Source: Trichoplax adhaerens
Taxonomy: Eukaryota; Animalia; Placozoa
Assembly (NCBI RefSeq): GCF_000150275.1
Contig: NW_002060948.1
Coordinates: 4,042,759-4,106,758 of the forward strand
Length of the DNA stretch: 64,000 nt
Direction: 5' to 3'
The notes under the pieces are model-generated. The model saw only the letters and a program-made list of their open reading frames with translations, did not search any database and was not told the origin of the DNA. The first letter of the stretch is position 1. Every line of letters starts with the position of its first letter. Position numbers and translations under genes: made by a program. Below are positions 52,445 through 64,000 of this stretch, piece by piece.

Positions 52445-52687
52445 TCAACAGACATATACACGTATAGTCTTCAAGTTAGAAGGCGAAAATAGTCAAATTT
52501 CTCCAGATTATTTCTTCTTAAGTTTATATAAATATTTTATGGAGTAGTAATATTGCTCACGGAATTCACCAATTAAGATTAACTGGACCGTAACACATCG
52601 AGTAACGCGTGCGCATATCCTGAATTAAACCAAGTTCATGTGACAGGTCACAGGTGCTTCCTTTCTTTTTAATGGTCAATTTCTTTC

Positions 52688-53640
52688 TGTACAGTACAGT
52701 ACAGTCAAGGACTAGTAAAAAAAGACCTAAACCCACGCGCCTCGTTGGCGCAGAGTACAGTACTCTAGAGTAGAGTAGAGTATTTCCTTGAAACTCAACT
52801 TAAGCCTAAAGCCGCAAATTTTTAGCCATTCGCTCGACTCGAACTTACTGTATTCTTCTGTCATTAGGTTGTAATCCAACCAACTCAACTCCACTCGCTA
52901 TCAGGTTGAGTTGGGTTGAGTACTACTGTATAGTTTATAGTCGATTGATCCAGCATCGGTTTACAGCTATGAATACATCGCTAAAACGACTTGTATCGCT
53001 GTTAAAAAAGACATTTTCATTGATTTAATAACGACAAACTTTGCCATTTTTAAAATTCTGACGTCATACAGTGCTGTACTGTACTGTACACTGTACAGTA
53101 GGTAAGGTCAGGGACTACTGTACTGTACAAAAAAAGAATAGAGGGACGTAAAGCAATCGTTGACAATAGTAATAATAATGTGTGGTGGCCGATTCTTTTT
53201 TGAATAATTTCAATTGTATCGCATGTCTGTAAATTAAGGCACACTACCCCGTCTGCTATTGCCATCTTTAAATTAGCTACTGCTAATTTGGTTTGTGCAG
53301 TATGATCTACTGTACACTGTAGACTGTACACTGTACAGTACTGTACGCTTTGCTTGCTACGATACGGTACGATACAGCACCTGTACTGTACCCTACAGTA
53401 CACGTTCGTAATGTAATGTACAGTACTGTACTGTACTGTACAGTACAGTACAGTGTGAAAACGTTTTGGTTTAAACTATGGACACTAGTTCGTTATTAAC
53501 TCTCCATAGTATGGCGTTCACTAGTGTGAACGATGTACTCTTTCATACTGTACCAGTACTATGATTGTACTGTACCGCGAAGTCATCCATCAAGGAATCT
53601 ACAATCCGGACATGGACTGTGACATCGGCAGTACTGTAGA
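52688..53640. promoter_or_regulatory. (CAGTA/TACTG)n motif cluster in the FUT/CSTF1 head-to-head interval
   Basis: Dense motif copies, a perfect 30-bp palindrome ACTGTACTGTACTGTACAGTACAGTACAGT at 53425-53454, and a CRE at 53059-53066. Confidence 0.5.
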
Positions 53641-53934
53641 AGTGGATATTATTTATACCTTGCATGGTGCTGCAATCCATCTTCGTCCATAAGTATATTT
53701 GGAACGCGTTCATGAGTAATCCATTATCATTATCGACTATATTAGATTATATGTTGAGCAATAGTGTCGTCTAGGTCAGAGCGTGAACAGTCCCTGGTAC
53801 AAAGCTATTCATAAAACCTCCATTACAACGTCTTTGCATCTGTACATTGCGATTTCAGACATTATAATCGGCTTGATCTTACCTCATTTCACTTTCGTCA
53901 AATACTGCATCCAAGTCCAAAGACTGCTGGCAAG

Positions 53935-56900
53935 ATGAGTGAGATAGTGAAAAATAGGGAGCAGCTATACAAGTTAATCATAAGGTAACAGGCTACAAGT
54001 CATCGATACTTGCAATATGCAAGTATACAGTAAAACCTAATATAGACTTGATGTACAATAGCCGTAAATGATAGTCATCAGCTTCAAGCTATACCTATTT
54101 AGGTGCTTTTCATCACCCTTGAGATGGTTTATAATGTGCAGACAACTCTACCATACTAGTGTACAATGCTGTTTACAGACAGACGTATTGTGCCTATTAC
54201 CTACATTTCAGATAATTGTTGTTGCTATTTCATAGTCAGCTGCGCTACGATGGATATGAAGATATCGCAGCACTTGTTGGTAATACCGTTAATACACTGG
54301 AAACTTGTGCCCCATCTTCTAAATTATTCAACATTGTCTCCAGATCTCTAAGTAGTGAATCACAAGGTACAGTACTATCTATGGATGATCAATCAATTTC
54401 TTATGCAGGATGCTAAATTACGACGGTCATGTTGTACTGTGGATTGAGAAAGACTCATCCAATTTTTCTCATAATTATTGAAATACAATCTTATCCTAGT
54501 TATTGTACAAGTATTAGTATACTTGAACAATGTACGTACTCCAAACTGGTCGTCATTCATCACTGCCAATATTGTATACTGTATACTGTAGCTGATCATT
54601 TTGCTAACCTTCGTACAAATATTATATTAAAAATTAATTGAATTGCTAATCTTTTTAGGTCGCCTCGCTAATGTTGGAGAAGGAATTGATTTGGAATACG
54701 AAGGAGACGGTAGATTATATTATAGTCAGTTTATTTAAAGTGATGTATCGCTTACGAATTAAGTACAATCGGCTAATGTAGTATCAAGACTTTCGTACCG
54801 CAGTTTTGAAGCTACCTTTGCAACTAGTTTATTAGCTTGCTATGTTACCAGTTCATACAGCTAATGTTGATTGTTACAGTATTAGGCAGCATTGTTTGCT
54901 ATCTTTTTTCAAAAGAGTTTTAGTTTCAACCTAAAAATGCAATCTTAAAAACAAAAAATGATTCATTAATAGTGATTAAAATAGCTCTTGCTTGGCTGAT
55001 CAATCTTTAACGTGACTTTTTGCATTGGAAATCTTCCTAAATGTAGTCATCGTGAACTCACCTCCTGTGTTTATGTATGAAACCTGTTACGTAACTGCTC
55101 ATAAAGCACCATGTCGGGTGGCATGCTTCACCAAAGACGGTAAGTTAGCATTTCGTATATTGCTTCGGCTCTTATAGAATTTCTGGAGATCTAAATGCTA
55201 GCTTATGTTGTCGCTTAGATCGCCTGGTCGCAACAGGATCTGTCGATAACTCAATCAAGGTTAGAATTTACTAAATTTTCAAAGCTGTAGCTAATGCAAC
55301 ATTAACTGAGCTAAAGTTCAATTTATATAATTTAGTTTCGTTGATATTGAAGTGATTAGGAATGATTGCCATCAAAAAGTAATTAATAAAGTTTTAACCT
55401 GCTACTATAAACAGATACTAGACGTTGATCGTATGATCGCTAAGGGAATATCTGATATCCCATTGAATGAACCGCAGCCACAGTCTGGACAGCAAATGGA
55501 AAGCCATCCAGTTATTAGGACTTTATATGATCACTCAGAGGTTAATAGGCTATACTCTATACATGTAGCTTAACATAATCTTTACGAATTCACAATTTCT
55601 TTGTTTAGGCTGTTACTGCTTTGGAATTTCATCCTAAAATGCCTATCCTAGCGTCAGGTAGCAGGGACAGAACTGTTAAACTCTTCGATTTCAGCAAACC
55701 TTCAATTAAACGTGCATTTAAATCTATTCAGGTTGTTCATAGCCTAGTCAATATACGGTATGTCGTACCTCCATTATAATTACAACAATTTTTTTTCGTA
55801 GGACGCCTACGGAATTCGATCTATTTCTTTTCATCCTACTGGTGATTATTTATTAGTCGGTTCCGAACATTCTACAGGTAAAGAATGACATTATGTACAA
55901 CAGAATCTATGCCTATTAATGTAATTGTTATGCTACTACTTCACAAAGATATTTAAGGCTGACGGACTTTAGTATTGACAATGATTCAATAATGATTTCT
56001 AGTGCGGCTCTATGATGTTAATACTACACAATGCTTTGTCTCATCTAATCCTCATGATCATCACGTTGGACCTATTACAATGGTATGAAGAAGTGTTTTA
56101 TTCCGTTACATTCGTAGTAATTATAACTCTGTCAGTAAATTATGTTTATGTTGTAATCGCTAAGGTTTCTTATGCTCCAAATGCAAAATTATACGCCACA
56201 AGTAGTAAGGATGGGTCTGTTAAGGTAGAGGTTTTATAAAACTTTACACCTGTAGATTTCTCCATGAATTTACAGTATTCTATACGTCAAATATAGATAT
56301 GGGATGGGGTTAGTTGCCGATGTATTATTACATTTGGTAAGGCTCATAATGGAGCTGAAGTATCGTCTGTGACATTTACTAGAAACTCAAAGGTATTTCA
56401 TAATGTATTTCAATTATAAATTTATTAGTTGCTAAAAAATTTTATTTCATGCAGTATATATTGACGAGTGGTAAAGATTCAACTGCTAAGCTATGGGAAT
56501 TAGCTACAGGTAATGGAAAATATCAAATTTGGATAGCTGTAATTTTTTATTTTATAGTACAGTTCTGTTAATTTACGTCACAACTGTTTAGGTAATTGTA
56601 TGAATATCTACGCTGGAGCTACTCAACATCATCATCGCACACAAGCTGTATTCAATCAGTCAGAGGATTATGGTAAACATTTGATGGATATCTGTTTTAA
56701 TGTAAATAGGATGCCAATGTAGCGAAATTAGCAAACGAAAGCAAATTAGTTGTATTATTGATCATAAAATGGGACCCGTTAAAAACTGCAGTCTACATTT
56801 ATTTAAATGGATAGAATATTAGCTAGATTATGTGTTGTTTTCTAAAAAATAGAAATAATCAGCCATGTATATATTTAGTTTTATTACCAGACGAGAAGCA

Positions 56901-57207
56901 CAATTCTGTATATTCATGGGATGCACGAACTGGTGAGAAGCAGAAGAATTTAACAACTGGTTAGTGTTAATAAGACGAGTTTTTATATTGTATGGATCAT
57001 GCTTTGTACTTAAATCATGTTATCGCAAGTTGTTGATAATTAATTAGTTGCTGCTAAAGGTTAGTTATTGCTGTCTCATATTTAGGTCACAATAATATTA
57101 TCCGTTGTATATATCATGCCTCATCAATACCTGCAATGGTTACTTGCAGCGACGATTTTCGAGCTAGGTTTTGGTATACGAAAGGAATGGCTGATTTTAA
57201 GATGTGA
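53935..57207 (+). CDS. CSTF1: Cleavage stimulation factor 50 kDa subunit (WD40)
   Basis: [17 protein letters not shown]|QLRYDGY dimerisation domain, [61 protein letters not shown]|IWDGVS and [12 protein letters not shown]. Stop TGA at 57205-57207. Confidence 0.95.
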
Positions 57208-58943
57208 AGGCTGGTGTAGTTATTTTATTTGATGTACATTGTTTACTTCGAATGATATATTTCGTTAAACATAGGTGTTAGCTCGATCCTATTGCTGCGC
57301 TTTCGTGACAGTAAGGTTATATAACATCGGAGATGTTCAAAATTTTGTATATTATTTGTTAAAATTAAATGCCTTCGATGATGAATAAGAGCATCATGAA
57401 AATCCCCTAATTGCTATATCCGCTTAGTCTGAATACAAGCGTCCGTGTTGTAATTAGGCATAAAGAAGAAATCGTCATTACACAAGTTGCATATGCTTCT
57501 TAAGTCCTCTGAAGGAAGGAACTGTATTTATGGCTAGGCATTTTTGAAGCCTAACTATTTTTTACTACGGAGAGGACGTAGTGCTATAAATGCGCATAGT
57601 GCAGTATCCGCACAATGAGCCAAACGAAATACTCCATAATTATAACATTATGTTATGGAATTGTATTTAAAATACAGAGACTCTGCATTAATCTGTAAAT
57701 TTAAATTATTAGCTATTTTCTATCGTTTGTACAGTTATCCTCGACTGTTACTCTTGAAAGTACTACAATCAACGAACGGATTTTATATAGATTTTATGCA
57801 GCAATGGGACAATGTCTATATGCAAAACTGTATGCAATAATAATCCATTATGTCGAGATGTGATAGTGTAAGATAGATAACAGTCAGATACATGCCTAAT
57901 AAACTGCATTGATGTCAGAAACGTTCATTTCGTAAGTTAAAGTTTCAACAATTGAGGTATACCTGATATACGCGGAAAATTAGCCATTATCATGAAATTT
58001 TAATAGACAGCTGAATAATGTCTATCTTTAAAGCCTTTATAATAGTATAATTATACAGTATCATTAATGGCAGTTATTGTATATCGTTCTGCTAAACGAT
58101 GCTTTCATCTAACTGAAAACTTTAGCAAAATATCAATCTCATGTACAGTATTTAAAGATATGTCTGTGTGCGCTGAGCCTTGTGTTGACAAATATTACAA
58201 ATAACAAAACTGTAAAACTGGCAGTGTAACAGACTAACAGTCATACAGTGTTAATATTGCGTATTTTTGCTACCTATCTATTAACTGAAGGATTTAAGGT
58301 ATAACTTAGGGAGATACTAAAAGTGCAAGGTACTTTCAAATTATTTCGACTAACGATACTTTAATAATAGTAATGATGTTCGATATTTTAGCAGAATTAT
58401 TCTTATGCTATATACTGGTAATCAATAATGGATGATTTACTAGAGTACGTCAGAAATGATCCAAAATAAGTAAATTTTGAAGCACTAATGCACAAAAACA
58501 CATGACACGAATTGCATGGTATTGAAAGAAATAATTGAATTGATTACAGATAATGCTGCAAAGAATATCATTAGCAACTAATACATTATAATCAGTGGCA
58601 TGTAACAGTTTTAAGCCTCAAGTCATTCTAACCCTTAATTACTGCATTATTTTAGTATTGTACAGAAAATGTTAGATTTTGTAATCAAAAATTATTTTAT
58701 TAAAAGACAAATAAATTAAACGCATTCTGTATTGATTAAGCAGGAATAATTTCGTTTCACAATTTGGTAGTGCAATTATTGTAATAGCAAATTTGATATA
58801 AGTCTATCGAACCGATTTTAATTTGAACATTCACACAGAATGCAGGAAAATACTTGTGTCTATGTATGTGTCACTTATTCTGTTACTAATAAATAAGGAA
58901 ATATCACTATACCGAACCACTTAGAATATTCTTCAATAAGCCT

Positions 58944-61900
58944 TTAATTGAGCAAATTTAAGCGAAGTAATTTTTCAATCATTTCATCATGTTGAATCTC
59001 TTCTAGAGAACGATGTCTATGATTGCATGAACAGTAACGATGATCATTTTGACCATTTTTACTTAAGTAAAGCAAATATTTACCATCACATACCTCCATA
59101 TCTTGGTAACAATCATCATTGGCTATAGTTTTCAAAGTATCAAATGAAGATGGACTATTATTAACATTATTGTCTGAAAGTGGCTTGGATGTAGCACCAG
59201 TAGTTGCATTAAATTCATCGGTATGGACGATTGAGTCATTTACTGAAAGTTCATTGATACACTGTAAACATTTTTCATATTCATCTGTTGACATATCCAG
59301 TAGTGATAGAAGTGTATCAGTGTTTTCTCTACCAAATAAACTTTTGTCGCTACACGATAAAGACGACGATGGAGTTGGTCTTTGATCTAATGTACGATTT
59401 ACCAATATTTTAATTATATCTAAGCTGCACTTGAAGAGAGAACAATGTTTAGATGTCAATATACTGTGATTAGTCTCACATTGTTGAAGCTTTGATGTAC
59501 TGTTGTTGATATTAGCATGGTGATGATTATTACTCTCAAGCCTGCGATAATTTCCTTTATTAGGATGAACATCTAACTTACGATAATTTCTTCTAGTTGG
59601 ATTGCTGATTGGTCTTGTATTAGTCCTGATATGGCTATAGTAGGATGTTGAGTCCGCTTCTTTTATGATATTGCTTTTATTTTTATTCATGTGACATTTT
59701 GTCTTGATTGGAGTAGATGCTTGAGAGCTATGGCAGTTACTACTTGTACCTCCATTAGAATGGATATTTCTATTAGCTAGCTTTCTATCAAATCGATCTT
59801 TTAAAGAAATTCTGGCCCTTTTATGATGACTACTGATATTAGGCTCATTTGTATTAATGTCTTCTTGATGACTGTCAATACTTCGCTTTTGGGAACTATA
59901 GGAAGTATTATTACCACTGGTATCATTGTTGCTACCGTCGCCATATTCCGTTTCAGAATCTGAAGATAGGGCATTGTAATCGCTATTATTGCAATGGTCA
60001 TTGCATTTACCTCGATTACCATAGCTAGTTTCACAAGAATTGATCTTACGCAAATTATCATAAAGTTTTGATTTCTTTCTAACCGGCGAAAGTTCTCGAT
60101 TATGACCTATTATAGCTTCATTTAGTAGTTGTTTTAAACAGATATTTTGTTGCTTAAACATTTTACTAATATTTAAAATAATCGACATGATGTTAATGTG
60201 ATCAAAATCGCAATGACAACCTTTCATTCGTTGAGATGCATTATATTTGTTTACGTTTGCATTGCTAAATTTACTATCAGAAAGCATGAAATCTTCACTG
60301 TTTCTATCAGATTCCATTTTACTTCGTTTATAAACAGTGTTACTGGCTTTCGTATGGCTGTCTATGATATTATTTTTGTCTTCACAGTTATCTGTTGAGC
60401 AAATGTAGACCTCAGGATCTTCAGAGCTTTCGGAGTCTTCAGAATCTGATGATAGCGAAAGCAATTTCTCTTTTTCGGTAATAGCAGGAACAGAAATTTC
60501 AGGTGTAACTGGCACACGCAAGAAAGCATTTATCTCGCTAAAAGCGATATCTTTTACAGTATCAATATACTGACTGTTGGCTATGCTAAGTTTTCCAATT
60601 GAATTTTTACATATGGCGTAACTTGAAGTATCATGAAACCAGTTATTGCATGGAGTTATATTAGATATATCTTGGCCAATAGCAATAGCCGTTCCATAGA
60701 CCCAGCGGTGAGAAATATTTTTAGTACTATAATTACCACCTCCCAATAGGAGGATAGGCATATTAAAAGATTTTAAAAATTGAAGGCAGCCACCATGTCC
60801 CTGTGGTGTTAAATGGTAGCCATTAGCATATTTTTCAGCTATTAAACTTTCACCGGATTGTAAGACGATAACTTTCGGCTGATAGCATTGTACGACTTTG
60901 GAAATTATCTAACACGAGAGTTAATCCATATAGTATTCTTAGAATAGGTTTTTTTATATCATAGCTCTTCTAAGTTAGTAAGTGAGAAGTTTGGAGTACT
61001 GTATAGTGTATGCTGCTACTAGCATAATTCTAGTCAGATCTATTCTAGCAGCTTTATTGTCTATCTACTACTTACTGGTTGAAAAATTAAACCGTAAGTT
61101 TCGTCATCGATATTATCCGCAAGAGGAATATTTAAAGAATACTTACTGCTTTGATTAAATCCAATTTGGCTAGATAAATATAAAAGAATATTTCAATACG
61201 TTTTTTTTAGCATACATTATTCGTATATCCTTTAACATGTCACTTATTACAAAATGACTGCAATGAAGCATATCATCAATGGGTAAAACTTAGCTAAAGC
61301 AATAATAGCTTTAATTTTTATAATATTATCAAACCTAATAATCTCAAATATTACTATAATATCTCCCATAAAGTCTGGAGTTATTATGCTTTCATTTTAT
61401 ATTAGACCGGTAATTAGAAATAATTTTTAGCATACGGTACAGTCAAGCGCGATCCTTTTTGCATATCAGGTACTGTAGTGGTAAATAGGTACCATAAGAT
61501 TAAAATGATTGCTTTTGATTCTAAGATTTCTACTTACTTTATCCAATCATTACCCTGAAAATATTTGCTTTCGCAATGAGGGAAAGTAACAATCATAACA
61601 CGATTATTTGTAGAAAATGCCTCTTGGATTGTATCACATTGATCAGGTCCAAGATTGATATAGATTACACGTTCATGTTGTTTTAATAGTTCTAATAGTG
61701 CTAATGCAACATCATTGATATAATTAAAACCGCAGGCTTGGCTAGTTTGAGCTTGATAGAATCCACCTAGAAGGGGAAATTAACAATTGATATAAGTAAA
61801 AGCAAGTTTTATGGAATCTCAAAGCATTTTTGCACTAATAACTTATACTCGTATGCTAATGTTAAGGAAATAAGTAAAAGTTGCGGCACTAGCACTCATA

Positions 61901-62917
61901 TTGCCATTCAGACTACGCTAGTTGAACCTTGATCTGCCATGGTATTAATGATCGAGAAATTTATATGAAGGTAAAGAACGCGTTACTACAGGAATATCGA
62001 TGTTCAGGAAGTAAAGCAAATTCCGTTACATGATAGATTAGTTACAGTAAGGACTTATTTCGTTATCTGTCTAGCCGAAATAGCTGCCTACATACAACAA
62101 AGAATGATGAGCAAGATGTTGTTGGAAGAAAAAAGAGTGATGAAATGAGATTTACAAGCAAGGTTTTAAATGCAAGCTGCATAGAATACAGCGTTTGATA
62201 ATTAAAAGCTGATCGCTAAGGTCTTATTTCAATTTTCTGGATACCATTCCACTAAACCGAAATGAAAATGTAAAATAAATCGACGTTCAGATACCATATA
62301 AAAAAAACTTCATGATCAATTTGTTTCAGTCAAGTCTAGAAAATTGTACCGGATCAACTGATGTTCAGAAGACCTTTTTATGTTTCCTATGTATCTACTC
62401 TTGTCTTTGAAGGGATATGTATCAAGTACGATGAGTAAACTTGTCAGGGAGACGTAATCCTCTTATTGCTATATATAGCCTGTATTTTACTGATCTAATT
62501 ATGGCGTCGATTTTTCAAGATACTAGACTTACCTGACCAATTAATAGCGATGTCGGCTTGGTTAGAATTCAGTTTAGAGGCAGCTGATACAGAAGCACTA
62601 GCTACTAACTGGCAATAATGCAAAAGCCCTTGAAATACCGGATAGTTATCGTCAACACCGAAATTTTGAACTTTTTCCCGTTTGGAACTTTCTTCTGCTC
62701 GTTGTAAAAATTGTAAGTAGGCCATCGAATGGAAACGATTGAGTTGCCGCAAACTAGCGGCTTGCGGTCGTAACATTTTCATTTTATGGTGTAATCCGTA
62801 TTCAAGAATTAAGTCGTAAGTTAACTGTATTCTCATCGGATGGATGGGATGATCTTGATCAAGACTTGTACACCATGTAAATGGATGGTAAAAGTAGCAA
62901 ACTCGTTTTCCACTCAT
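58944..62917 (-). CDS. Divergent class I (HDAC1/2-like) deacetylase homolog, predicted catalytically dead, with long low-complexity C-terminal extension; 890 aa
   Basis: Exons 62917-62533, 61766-61538, 61169-61076 and 60908-58944 join in frame (phases 1, 2, 0). HDAC fold motifs: KRVCYFY, HPIHPMRI, FHSMAYLQFL, PVFQGL, DIAINWSGG, GFNYINDV, IDDETY, KSFNMPILLLGGGNY. Confidence 0.9.
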
Positions 62918-64000
62918 GTTGATCGACCCGATATGAATAATTTAAATATCGACTGAAGATGTTCGCAATTTATTGATGGAGGTGAAAACGAAATAATGGA
63001 GGGTTTACTACCTCTATACTCGTTTTATATCGATTTATAGATTAGCACCTCTTATTCTCGATGATTATGATGAACATGTGAAAATATTTCATATAATCAC
63101 ATTCTCTACTCATACTCATGGATCTAAATAAATACCTATAACATCCACCGAAGATTTCAGAACGTATCTATGCTCCTTTCCTTTTTTACACCTACAACAG
63201 ACAGCAACAATAAATGTGTGAAATAATCTATTCGCTATTCTGTAAATATGGATTGATTTTTGCCTTCTTTTAGTTTATACTAACGTAGTGGTGTATAAGA
63301 CTGCTTTCCTGGGGTCATGTAAGCGAAAAATTTTAATATGGCTTTTTCTATCCAACCATGTAAAGTTTCAATTTCTCTTTATCCTCAAGATTGCGATCAA
63401 ATAATTTACATCACGGGAGTTGTGAAGTTTTCGTATCGTGATTTACTTGATTTTTGGACCGAAAATGGCTTATAATGTTGTCTTAAATATTCTACAGTAG
63501 AAGTCGATGCTGGCGCTTGGATAAACTCGTATTTTAAAATTTGTTACGATTGATGTTGGCGTGATTCAATTTGACTATGCTATGGATGAAAACAATTATT
63601 GGGTCCATGATAGGAACAGATTGGAGTATGACCATAAATGCTATAAATAAGGTTCGGAAGGAAATGATTTCAGTCCCTTAAAGAAAGATTTTGATAAAAG
63701 TAGGTATCGTGGCAATTTACTAATAATCTAGATGGTAGTTCGTCCAAAAGATATCATTGGAGTATGATGATGGTAATATTACATTGAGATATTTACTAAG
63801 CTCTTCTGTCGAAAGTTAGAGTATTGACAAATTTCTGATTGAAATGGGTGGCTTCTAGAGGATATCTTGTTAATAGATGTGCAAGTCGATATGATCATAG
63901 AAGATATCAAGAAGGACGTGGTGGAGAGCATTTGGAACTTTTACATCGCCTAGAGTAGAATGAAAGTAATCCATAAACCTAGATTCTAGAGGACATTTTA

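Noticed and set aside
59119-60398. Antisense and alternate-frame ORFs over the HDAC tail, and similar ones over ferritin, LIG3 and FUT
   Set aside because: Shadow frames of real coding exons with no independent evidence.
1-64000. tRNA, rRNA, snRNA genes and selenoprotein signals
   Set aside because: GGTTCGA hits (~7992, ~21379) lack a cloverleaf context, no rRNA/snRNA signatures were recognised, and the exons I translated had no in-frame TGA. A covariance-model scan was not possible, so snoRNAs cannot be excluded.

Overview
AT-rich, intron-dense animal genomic DNA. The compact genes, short introns and near-absence of transposons resemble a placozoan such as Trichoplax; this is an inference. 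Nine protein genes can be built by hand from splice signals: a WD40 protein with an N-terminal PYM/eIF2A-type helix and a C-terminal CaaX box (+), CCDC150-like (-), ferritin (-), DNA ligase III (+), NUP188 (-), two intronless convergent GT10 alpha-1,3-fucosyltransferases, CSTF1 (+), and a class I HDAC-like gene (-). There is also a candidate solo LTR, several tandem repeat arrays and a U12-type intron. The most notable points are: (1) an intact 890-aa HDAC1/2-like gene that has lost both catalytic histidines and the canonical zinc ligands (a pseudo-deacetylase); (2) a WD40 protein predicted to bind ribosomes and be prenylated; (3) a ferritin lacking the ferroxidase centre, with the L-chain-type E62K change and no IRE; (4) LIG3 with an extra PBZ finger on its own exon and a mitochondrial leader; (5) a (CAGTA/TACTG)n palindromic motif cloud upstream of seven of the nine genes, absent from the CCDC150-like and HDAC-like genes. 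Exon coordinates were read manually, comparisons to human proteins are from memory, and no database searches were run.
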